DNA of 64,000 bases, taken from assembly GCF_963921235.1 (NCBI RefSeq), contig NC_086097.1:217374001-217438000 (forward strand). The letters are read 5' to 3'. The translations under genes were made by a program, and so were the position numbers. This stretch comes from Mobula hypostoma (taxonomy: Eukaryota). Under the pieces are notes generated by a model, which was not told the origin of the DNA, made no database searches, and saw nothing but the letters and a program-made list of their open reading frames with translations. Shown here piece by piece: positions 23,560-34,879 of the stretch (position 1 is its first letter; the number at the start of each line of letters is the position of its first letter).

Positions 23560-26500
23560 CTTTCTTATTTAGCAGCCTCATATGTGACACCTTGTCAGAG
23601 GACTTCTGAAAATCAAAGTAAACAACATTCACTGACTTTCCATCGTCTATCCTGCTTCTAATTTCCTCGGAGAATTCCAACAGATTTTTGAGGCAGGATT
23701 TTTCCTTGAAGTAATACTAAGTTCAGCCTATTTTATCATGTGCCTCCAAGTACCCCAAAATCTCATCTTTAATAATGGACTCTTAATTTCTTACAAAACA
23801 CAAGTCAGGCCAACTGGCCTATAATTTCTTTCCTTTTTTCTCCCTCTCTTCTTAATGAGTGCAATAACATTTGTAATTTTCCAGTCACTCCAGAATCTAG
23901 CAATGCTTGAAAGATCAATACTAATGCCTCCACAATTCCTTTCAGAACTCTGGGGCATAAACTATCTGGTCCAGGTGACTTATCTACTTTCAGACTTTTC
24001 AGCTGCCCAATCGCTTTCTCTTTAGTAATAACAAGTACACTCACTTCTGCCCCCTGACACTCAAATTTCCAGTATGCTTCTGATGTCTTCCATACTGAAG
24101 ACCGATGCAAAATATTTATTCAGTTCATTCACTATTTCTTTGTTCTCCATTGCTACTGCTCCAGCATCATTTTCCACCAGTCCAATGTTCACTTTTGCCT
24201 GCCCTTTACTCTATATACTTGTTATAAGGTGGTGGCTGGGAACGGACCCAAGTGCAGTGAAAGACACAGACACTGAAGTACTAGGGACAGGACTAGGATA
24301 CAGGGTGAGGGCTAGGACATGGACATGAAAACCAGGAACAGGACTGGACAAGAAAACTAGGAGCCTGGCTTGGACTCCGAGCCAGGGACTGGACAAGGAC
24401 CCAGAACCTGGGTCTTGCCTCTGGCTCGGACCCCAGAACTAGGCAAGGACATGACTTGGCTGGCAGGCAGGATGAGGCTGGAGTCTTCAGGCTTGAGGCC
24501 AGGCGAGGCAAGAGTTACCGGCAAGACAGGGCAAGACTTCCGGCAATGCAAGGCGAGACAAGAACTTCAGGTGAGGTGAGGCAAGAGTTACCGGCAAGAT
24601 CAGGCAAGGAAACAGAAGGCAGGGGAAGGGACACAAGAAGTAAGGACAAGAACAATCCAGCAGCCACACCCTGGTCTCTGGAGGTATTTATGCAGCCAGC
24701 CCCTATGAGAATCAGCTGTCTCAATTAGTGCTCAACAGGAACAGAAACAGGGTAGACAGGAAAACCTGGAGCAGCAAGAGTCGATGGACCGGACTGTGAA
24801 CCGGAATGCGGACTTCACGGACTGGACCATGACAGTACCCGCGCCCCCCCCCCCCCCCAATGGGAGCCTCCTGACGACCAAACAGGCTATCCAGACTATG
24901 GACGACCCGGGTGGGTGGGAGGGTATTTAACAGAAGGGAACCCCATGTGTCAAGAGGAAAATGACAGTGTCAGTGTCACTGGGTCCATGGTTGGCTGGAT
25001 TGTTCTGTCATAGGGTGATGGCTGGGAATGGACCCAAGTGCAAGACACAGACACTGAAGTACTAGGGACAGGACTAGGGTACAGGGTGAGGGCTAGGGCA
25101 TGGACACGAAGACCGGGAACCCGGAACAGGACTGGACAAGAGAGCTAAGAGCCCGGGCTTGGACTCTGAGCCAGAGACTGGACAAGGACCCAGAACCTGG
25201 GTCTTGCCTCTGGCTCAGACCCCAGAACTAGGCAAAGATGTGACTTGGCTGGCAGGCAGGATGAAGCTGGAGTCTTCAGGCTTGGCTAAAGACCTGAGGC
25301 CAGGCTTGGCTGGAGACCTGAGGCGTGGCGAGGCTGGAGGCCAGAGGCGAGGCGAGGCTGGAGGCCAGAGGCAAGGCTGGAGGCCAAAGGCGAGGCAAGA
25401 GTTACTGACAAGACAAGGCAATGCAAGGCGAGACAAGAACTTCAGGTGAGGCGAGAGTTACCGGCAAGACAAGGCAAGGAAACAGAAGGCAGGGGAAGGG
25501 ATACAAGGAATAAGGACAAGAACAATCCAGCAGCTGTGCCCTGGTCTCTGGAGGTATTTATGCAGCCAGCCCCAACGAGAATCAGCTGCCTCAATTAGTG
25601 CTCAACAGGAACAGAAACAGGGTAGACAGGAAAATCTGGAGCAAGGGTCGATGGACCAGACCATGAACCGGAATACGGACTTCATGGACCGGACCATGAC
25701 AATACTGTAATCGAAAAAAGTTTTTTATCCTCTTTTATTGGCTAGCTTATCTTCATATTTCATCTTCTCCTTATTGATTTTTCATTTGCCTTCTGTTGGT
25801 TTTAAAAGTTTCCCAATCTTCAATTTTTCTTCTAATTTGTGCTGTATTGTATAATCTCTTTTGCTTTTATGCTGCTTTGACTTCCCTTGTCAGACACGGT
25901 TGCCTCATCTTCCTTTGGAATGTTTCTTCTTTGGGATGAACCAATCCACATTTTCCAAATTGCTCCTAAAACCTCCTGCAATTGCTGTTCTACTGTCATT
26001 CCTGGTAGTGGTCCCTTCAAATCAACTTTACCTAGCTCATCTTTCATGCCTCTGTAGTTTGCTTTACTCATCTGCGATACCTGATAATCCAATTTTAGCT
26101 ACCCCCCAAACTAACATATTATGATAAAGTCTATCATATTTATGATCGCTGTCTCATAAGGGTTCCTTTACCTTAAGTTCCCTAATCTGGTTCATTCCAT
26201 AACACCTAACCCATAATTCATTTTCCCTTAAGGGCTGCTCTAAAAACCATCTCATAAGCATTTTCCTCTTCTTGGAATCCCATACCAATCTGATTTTCCC
26301 AATCTACCTGCATATTGAAATCCATCATAACATTGCCCTTTTTACATGCCTTTTCTAATTGCTGTTCTAATTTGTATCCCTCATCCTGGCTACTATTCAG
26401 AAGCTTGTATATAATTCCCCATTGAGGCACGTTTTACCTTTGCAGTTTCTTAACTCTATCTATAAGGATTCTACATCTTCTGATACTACATCACTTAAGG

Positions 26501-26690
26501 AAATGATTTCTTTTTTTTAACTAACAGTGCCATCCACCTCATCTGCCTGTCTTTTCCAAAGGATGTGTATCCTTGGATATTAAGCTCCCAGCTGTGATCT
26601 ACTTTCAGCCATGACTTTTGTGATGCCCACAACATCATACTTGCCAATTTCTAGTTATGGTATAAGCTTATCTACCTTATTTTGACTAGA
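23560..26690 (-). mobile_element. CR1 LINE (endonuclease/linker region, decayed) hosting the mini-LTR element
   Basis: LKVDKSPGPD and DFNMQVDWENQ remnants on the minus strand on both sides of 24220-25701. Confidence 0.8.
24220..25701 (-). mobile_element. Non-autonomous miniature Gypsy (Tf1/sushi-type) LTR element
   Basis: Two LTRs (24220-24834, 25006-25701) with TG...CA ends; 5-bp TSD ATACT (24215-24219 / 25702-25706). The 171-bp internal part holds the PBS, gag start ATG GAC CCA and a poly-G PPT. Confidence 0.92.
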
Positions 26691-27068
26691 CATGGAGCCT
26701 CCATCGCATAGGATCACACAAGGCTATAGAGAGTTGTAGTTCCATCCAGTTCCATCATGGGCATAACCCTCCCTGCCATTGAGAACATAATCAAAAAGGC
26801 AGCACCTATCATTAAAGACCCTCATCATCTTGGACATGCTTTCTTCATCTTCAGGAGGTGGTACAAGAGCCTGAAGATCTATACTCAACATTTTAAGAAT
26901 AACTTATTCCCTTCTGCCATCAGATTTCTGAATAGCCCATGAACACTACTTCATATTCCTCTTTTGTGCTATTTAAACCTATAGAAATTATTGCATTTTG
27001 CATTACACTATTACTGCAAAACAAATTTCACGACTTGCCTGCAATAATAAACCCGATTCTGATTCTGA
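26690..27068 (+). mobile_element. Rex1-type LINE 3' fragment
   Basis: IIKDPHHLGHA...FKNNLFPSAIRFLN; tail AATAAACCCGATTCTGATTCTGA. Confidence 0.8.
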
Positions 27069-27140
27069 CTATCCTGACCTTTAAGTATCCAGATGGTTTC
27101 AATGAAATTCCCTTTCATCCTTCTGAACTCCTCAAGTACT

Positions 27141-28075
27141 GAATCAAAGATGGTGACAAATCAGCATATAGGAGGGAGATTGAAAATCTGGCTGAGTGGT
27201 GCCACAACAAGCTCTTACTCAATGTTGGCAAGACCAAAGAGCTGATTATTGACCAGGAGGAAGAAGACCATGAGCCAGCCCTCATCAGAGGTGAAGAGGG
27301 TCAGAAGTTTGTCAAAGTTTTTGCTGTCATGCTGAATCTCTGCAGACTCCTGAGGAAACAGAGGTGCTGTGGTGCTTACTTCACAATTGCATTTACATGC
27401 TGGGTCTAGAACAGGTCCTCTGACATAGTAATACACAGGAATTTAAAATTGCTAACCCTCTCCACCCTTCAATGAGGACTGGCTCATGGACCTCTGGTTT
27501 TCCTCTGCTGAAGTCCACAGTCAGTTCCTTGGTCCTGCTGACGTTAAGAGAGAGGTTGTTGTTATGACATCACTCAGCCAAATTTTCATTCTCCTGTAGG
27601 CCGATTCATCACCACCTTTGATACAGCCTACAACAGTGGTGTCATCAGCAAACTTGAATATAGTTTTGGAGTTGTGCTTAGCCACACAGTCATAGCTGTA
27701 AAGCAGGTAGAGCAGGGGGCTATGCACACAGCCTTGTGGTGCACCTGTGCTGATTGAGATTGTGGAGATGTTTTTGCCAATCTGAACTGACTGGGGTCTA
27801 CAAGTGAGGAAATCCAGAATTCAATTGCACAAGAAGGAATTGAGGCCAAGGTCTTGGAGCTTATTTATTAGTTTTGAGGGGAAGATGGTATTAAATGCTG
27901 TGTGAAAAGCCGAAAAGATGGTATCTGCTGTGGACCTGTTGCACCTGTAGGGAAATTGGATTGGATCCAAGTTGCTTCTCAGGCAGGAGCTGAAATGTTT
28001 CATCACCAACCTCTCAAAACACTTCATCATTGTGTATGTAAGTGCAACTGGACAATAGTCACTGAGGCAGGATAT
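27141..28075 (-). mobile_element. Rex1-type LINE fragments (short + piece 27141-27305 abutting a - piece)
   Basis: [26 protein letters not shown]. The + piece resembles 148-240. Confidence 0.8.
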
Positions 28076-28149
28076 TATGGATTTATTGAGTATGCCTGCA
28101 AGAAAATTAAACTCAGCGTTGTATATGGTGACGTATATGTACTTTGATA

Positions 28150-28700
28150 ATAAGTTCATTTTGAACCTCCCCAAAGAATTTTAACAGTTAGTCAAGATCC
28201 CTCTGTAACTAACAGGGGTACAATTACCAATGGACCCCACTGTACATCTTCTAAATGATGACTCCCACCTTTCCCTTACGGAAAAAACACGCAAAATCTG
28301 GCTGGCAGGCCTGACTGCAGCTAAGAAGATTGTAGTCCAAGCGTTGTAAACCTCCCCATGATATTTCATATATTCACTGGCTTCAGAGCTTTTTGGACAT
28401 TTCTTACCTGGAACTTTCATCAGCAAGAGTAAATGATGCACGACCAAACACAATCTTAATGTGGACAAATTTGATATCTAACTTAAAAGATCTTTTGTTA
28501 AAATAGGAATGCTTTGTCTATGTATGTACTACTATTCAGTTGGTTGGTGGAGGGCAGAGGGATGGGGGGGAGAGAGGTGGAGGGGGGATGGTGATGAAGG
28601 TTGGGGGGTGGCTGGGTTAAACAGTCAAAATGTAATTGGCAATTGGTTGTATTGAATGTAATTTGTTGGTGTTGCAATAAAAAATTAATAATAAAAAAAA
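28150..28700 (+). mobile_element. L1-clade LINE 3' end
   Basis: RKIWLAGLTAAKKIVV-type ORF2 C-terminus, G-rich 3' UTR, AATAAA plus an A-tract. Confidence 0.65.
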
Positions 28701-28856
28701 GATCTCTCTGTAACGAAACTGTGCTGACTTCATCCTATTGTGTCATGTTCTTCCAAGTACTCAGAATTTTCATTCTTAAGAATGGATTTTAAAATCTTAC
28801 CAACCGTCAACAGGCTTTTTGCTCCCTTCCTTTCATAAACAGTGGTGACACATTTA

Positions 28857-31500
28857 GAGTCATAGAAAAATACAGCACAGAAACAGGCTCTTCAGCCTAT
28901 TCAGTCCGAGTCCAATCATTTACACTGTCTAGTCCCATCGACCTCCACCCGGACTGTAGCCCCTCCAGACTTCTCCCATCCGCATACCTATCCGAAAGTC
29001 TCTTAAGCATTGAAATCCAAGTCACATCTATCACTTCCATTGGCAGCTTGTTCCACATTCTCACAGCCCTATGAGGGAAGAAGTTTCCCCTTATGTCCCC
29101 TTTAAACATCTCATCTTCCAGTCTTAACCTATGAGCTCTAGTTGTAGTCTCACCCAACCTCAGTGGAAAAAGCCTGCTTGCAATTACCCTATCTATATCC
29201 CTCATAATTTTGTATACTTATAACAAATCTTCCCTCACTCTTCTACTTTCTAGGGAATAAAATTCCAGCCTATTCAATCTTTCCTTATAATTCAAGTCCT
29301 CCAGTCCCACCAACATCCTTATAATTTTCCCTGTACTCTTTCAATCTTATTTACATCTTTCCTGCAGGTGTGTGACTAATATTGCATGCTTTACTCCACT
29401 TTCAATAAATTATGGACCTGTATTCCCAGATCCCCTTGTTCTTCCACAATACTTTGTGCCCCACCACTTACTGTGGAAGACCTACTCTGGCTGGTCCTCC
29501 CAAAGTGCAACACCTCACACTTGTCTGCATTAAATTCCATCTGCCATTTTTCAGCCCATTTTACCAGCTGGTCTAGATCTCACAGCAAGCTAGTCTTCTT
29601 AGCTGTCTACTACACCCGTAATCTTGGTCTCATCCACAAATTTGCTCATCCAGTTAACCACATTTTCATCCAGATCATTGATACAGATGACAAACAACAA
29701 TGGACCCAGCACCAATCCATACGGCACTCCACTAGTCACAGTTGTCCAGTCAGATGCAACCATCTACTACCACTCTCTGGCTTCTCCCACAAAGCCAAAG
29801 TACAAATTCACTTTGTTACCTCATCTTGAATGCCAAGCAACTGAATCTTCTTGACCAATCTCCCATGTGGGACCTTGTCAAATGTCTTGCTAGAGTCCAT
29901 GCAGACAATATCCACTGCCTTGCATTCATCCACTTTCATGGTAACTTGCTTGAAAAACTCTATAAGATTGGTTTAACACAACCTACTGTACACAAAGCCA
30001 TGCTGACTATCCCTAATCAATCCCTGTCTATCCAAATATTCATATATCCAGTTGCTTAGAATACCTTCCAATAACTTTCACACTACTGATGTCAGGCTCA
30101 CCAGCCTATATTTTCCTGTTTTATTCTTACAGTCTTTCTTAAACAGCGGAACATGATTAGCTATCCTCCAGTCCTCCGGTATGTCACCTGTCACTAAGCA
30201 GGATTTAAATATCTCTGCTGGGGTCCCTGCAACTTCTGTGTTTACCTCCCACAGGGTCCAAGGGGATTTATCCGCCCTATTTTTCCTCAAGACAGCAAAC
30301 ACCTGCTCCTTTGTAATCAGTAGAGGGTCCATTACCTTGCTGCTGCTTTGCCTCACTTCTGTAGACTCTGTGTCCATCTCCCAAGTAAATACAGATGAAA
30401 AAATTCCATTTAAGATTTCCCCATCTTTTTGGCCCTATGCATAGATTACCATTCCAATCTTCCAGAGAGCCAATTTTATTCCTGGCAATCCTTCTGCTCT
30501 AAACATATCTGTAGAAGTCCCTGGGATTCTCTTTCACCTTGCCTGCCAGAGCAGCCTCATACCTTCTTTTAGCCCTCCTGATTTATTTCTTAAGTGTTCT
30601 CTTGCATTTCTTATATTCCATATATACCTCATTTGTTCCTACCTGCCTATACCTGCTATGGCACGGGTAGAAATCCTAAGATCACAACTCTGGAGGTCCT
30701 GAGCTTTAACTTAGCACTGAAATCTCTGAACTCACTTTGCAGAACCTCCTCCCTCTTTCTGCGTCACTGGTACCGACATGGACCATGACCTTGGGCTGCT
30801 CACCTTCACACTTAAGAATGCTGAGGACTCAATCTGAGGTGTCCCAGACCCTGGCACCCAGGAGGCAATATGCCAGCTGGGAATCTCGCTGTCGTCCATG
30901 GAACCTTCATTCTGTTCCCCTAACTAACAAATCCCCTATCACCACATCTCGCTCTTCTCCCCACTTCCCTTCTAAGCCACAAAGCCAGGCTAAGTGCCAG
31001 AGACCTGACCACTGTGACTTTCCTTTGCTAGGTCATCCACCCCACTCCCAACAGTATCCAAAGTGATATACCTGTTGTTGAGGGGGTTGGCCACAGGGAT
31101 ACTCCACACTGACTGTTAACCCCTTTCTCCCTCCTATGTCCTGATCCTTGGGTATAACTACCTCTCTATATGTCCTGTCTATCAGACCCTCAGACTCTCA
31201 AATGTCCAATAGTCATCGAGTTCCAGCTCCAACTCCTTAACGCGGAGTGTTACAAGCTGCAGCCGATTGCACTTTTTGCAGGTGAAGTTGTCAGGGACAG
31301 TCTGCCTGCATCCCCCATCCTGTAAGAGGAGCAGTCAACTCTCCTGCCTATCATCCCTATTGCTCTAACTGAGCAATTGTAAAAAAGGAAACAATAAACT
31401 GAAAAAACCTACCTGCAGCTTTTCGTCTTCTCTTAGTCAAGCCTCTCCTCGTTGAAGTCTCGAAGAGCTAAAGCTCCAAAATCCCCACTCTAACACTGTC
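28857..31500 (-). mobile_element. CR1 LINE spanning ORF1 to the 3' tail, internally deleted
   Basis: ORF1 Zn finger/leucine zipper (CSS..M...PDNFTCKKCNRLQLVTLRVKELELELD) and esterase-like VVIGDLLVRG at 31355-30700, followed by ORF2 RT remnants and the tail. Confidence 0.85.
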
Positions 31501-31689
31501 CACTCCAACAAAGGTCGTTCTACTGTGCCTGCCTTATTTTAATTTGTACTTGCAAGTTAATCCCTATCTCTGATCGGCTGCTGTTCAAATGTCAAAACTC
31601 CAGTGAAGCACTGCCTTTCAATGCACACTTTCTGACCGGAGTGTATTAGTCCTTCTCTCACTCCTGATCTCTGATTCACCGCTGTTATT

Positions 31690-32250
31690 TGGCTCCAGGT
31701 GGTTCTTGAAAAATCAGTTATTCTGCCTCTTTCAGAACTCTGGAGAGTAGACCAACCGGGTCCAGGTGATTTATCCACCTTCAGGATTTTCAGCTTTCCC
31801 AGCACCTTCTCTTTAGTAATGGTCACTGCACTCATCTGTGCCCCCTGACTCTCCTGAATCTCTGGCATATTATTTATGCCTTCCGCTGTGAAGACTGATG
31901 CAAAATAATTAGTTAGCTCTTTGCCTTTTCCTGGTTCCCTCATATGATTTCTCCATTCATTTCAAATGCGCTGGCCTCTCTTACTTTTTATGTATCTTGA
32001 AAACACACTTTTGGAATCTTATATTGACTGGTTTACTGCTGTATTTCATCTTCTCTTCCCTCATAGCTGTTCATAGTTGTCCTCTGTTAGCTTTTTAAAA
32101 TACTTCTCACTCCTTCGATTTCCCTCAAATCTCTGCCATATTGTATGCCTTCCCTTTGCTTTTATCCTGTCCCTGATTTCACTTGTCAGCCAGGTTGCCT
32201 CGTCCTCTCCTTAGTGGGCTGCTTCTTCCTTTGGTTGAAATTCTGCTGTC
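31690..32250 (-). mobile_element. CR1 LINE fragment
   Basis: LTNYFASVFTAE...KLKILKVDKSPGP. Confidence 0.8.
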
Positions 32251-34109
32251 TACTCAACTACACCCACAAAAGTTAAGAAAAATGAGAGCAGCTCTCCTCA
32301 AAACAAAATGTTATGATAAGGCTCGATAGGATAGATGCAGAAAGAATGATTACCCTGGCTGGCACTGGAAGGTGGTTCTGGAATTAGGGGTTGCCATTTG
32401 AGGATATAGGATAAAATATTTGAGATAAGGAAGGAAAAAAACACGAGGGTGGTGACCTTATAAAATTCTCTACTGCTGAACATTGTGGACGCAAAGTGAC
32501 CATATATATTTTAAAAGGATGGATAAATTTCTGGCCACAGGGCATTGAAAATTGCAGAGGAAATGGAGATACAGTATTGAGATAGAGGATCATTCATGAT
32601 CACAATGAATGGGAGAACAAGTTCAAAGTACCACATGGACTATTGATCCTATTTTTCTGTTTTTAATGTTACTGTAAAATATATTTTGGAAATTCATTTT
32701 ATATTTTATTTAGAACATTAAGAATGAAAATTATGAAAAAATGCATGTTTTATTTTGAAAACATGAATAATTTGGTTACTTCATGCATAAACAGTAATGA
32801 AGAAAACATTCATGATAAAGAACTTTAATACTTCATACTTATTAGCATTACATAACAAAAATTATTATGAATGCTACTCTGTAGAGAGTAACGTGACATT
32901 TTATGACAAAGGAATAAAAAATTGTGGCAAGGAAGAATACAAGATTTTTGATTACATATATCTTGAATAAATATGATATTCAAACTAAACTAAATAAATA
33001 TGGAATTTTGCATTATGTGGATTTATAGATAGTTTATTTGAACAGCCGAATAAAATAATTCTGTGAAACAAAGGCAAATATATTAATGAAGTCTGGTAAA
33101 ACTCAAGAGTATAGGAATAAAAAAAAATCTAATTAAAGATGGAGGGGCATCAAGCAAATTAAGTTAAATTGTCAGCTTCTTGAAAAGAAACCAGGCTAAA
33201 ATGCCAATAAAAGGAATGAAGAAAATGAATTATACAGATACATGGATGGGAGGTGTATGGAGGGATATGGTCCATGTGCAGGTCAGTGGGACTAGGCAGA
33301 AAATGGTTCGGCACAGCCAAGAAGGGCCAAAGGGCCTTTTTCTGTGCTGTAGTTTCTATGGTTCTATGGTTCTAATTAGTATAGCTAAGGGAGTCAAATT
33401 TAGCAAAACTAACTCAAAGTACCTGTTGGATTATGATCCAAATCTATGTTTGTCGTTATAATCAGACTTGCATAATATGATTTGCTTTTCTATAAACATT
33501 TAGTATATTTAGCTGTTTTTTTTTTGCAAGCCTCAAGTGTTACAGCAATGTAATTCAGTACCTTTTCTGCAATACTGTTATCTCTACTGAGTTTCCTTTT
33601 CACACTGGTTTGGACTGGCTTGTAATATAAGGCGGGCAGGTAGTGTTTGCTGCTTGCTGCTTCTTGCTGATGCTGCCTGGCTTGTACTTTGATGAACATA
33701 AGATTTGTACTCATTCTCGACTTCCGAAGAGCCTTTGGGATAACAACATCTCCAGATCTATAAACTTGTTGGAGTCAGCAGTTGAAAGGATTAAGGAGGT
33801 AAGAATCCGGTGCGAGATAAACGTTTCAACATGTATATTCAACAGGAGGGAAAACCTTCCTCGGTCTCCTAATTGTCAGAGAAGGATCTAGTTATTACTT
33901 TAATATACTATGTAAAGAAGTCTAAGAATGAGGTTAAAACCTGGGGATCCTCTATTTTTAAATGAATCTACTGTACTGCTCTGTACAATCCATTGTTTTA
34001 CTCTGCATGGCTGTGCATGTTTTTTTTAAATTTTTGATAGTATATAATCGATTGACGTAAGTTAAAGAAGCTATTACGTGCTGGGGTTGGGCTGCCATAT
34101 AAAATGTAT

Positions 34110-34386
34110 TTATTTATTTATTGAGATGCAGCATGAAGTAGGCCCTTCTGGCCCTCGAGCCACATCGCCCAGCAATTCCCCAATTTGATCCTATCCTAAC
34201 CACAGGACAATTTCCTATAACTATTTAACCTACCAACTGGTACATCTTGGCAAAGAGGGAAGAAACCGGAGTATCCAGAGGAAACCCACGGGGAGAACGT
34301 ATAAACCTTGCAAGCTGTGGTGGGAAATGGACCTGGGTCACCTGTACTGTATAGCATTGTGCTAACCACTACACTACTGTGCCACC
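34110..34386 (-). mobile_element. tRNA-derived SINE
   Basis: Minus head GTGGCACAGTAGTGTAGTGGTTAGCAC...GGTCCATTTCCC (A/B-box-like); CR1-like 3' end with (TAAA)n. Confidence 0.7.
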
Positions 34387-34487
34387 AACAAAATAGAGAA
34401 TGCCCCCTTGTTTAAAAAAAATTGTCCAATAATGCAAAATATCACTAACCAATGGCCACTTAGTACAAAAATTCTTCTCTAAAGATC

Positions 34488-34850
34488 ATCACCTTGTCGT
34501 GACGAAGAGGTCTGAGAGTTCCTGAGATCCCAAGAGTGATGTTGTCTGGAGTTTAGCTACTGGATGCATAGCTCCTGCTAATAAGGTCAAAGGAGAAGGT
34601 TCCAGACAATCAGCAATCCAACCAAGACCTCAACGGTGCAGCTGACGGAAAATTATGGCACATCATATCGGAAATAAAGGTGGAGGAAGGCTGCAGCAAT
34701 AAAAGGTCCCCAGACATCTTGCACTTCATGCCTCTGGACCCTGACCCCGACTTGTCAAGGACTGTGTGGTAGCTATCCATGGGGCAGCCTCACCACATTA
34801 AACACAGGCATTCTCCTTTGAGGGAATCCACCATAAACACTGCACCAGCA
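34488..34850 (+). mobile_element. RTE-type LINE 5' fragment
   Basis: Begins CACCTTGTCGTGACGAAGAGG..., resembling RTE/BovB-family 5' ends. Confidence 0.45.
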
Positions 34851-34879
34851 TATGTGGATTCCAGTTCGGCCTTTACAGC

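Noticed and set aside
24220..25701. CRISPR-like array or segmental duplication
   Set aside because: No repeat-spacer periodicity; TG...CA ends, PPT and TSD identify it as an LTR pair.
33775..33831. Two Cys-TGA codon pairs read as selenocysteine
   Set aside because: No recognisable selenoprotein fold or SECIS by eye; CpG decay or chance is simpler.
34320..34386. tRNA gene
   Set aside because: Only degenerate A/B boxes attached to a SINE body; no complete cloverleaf.
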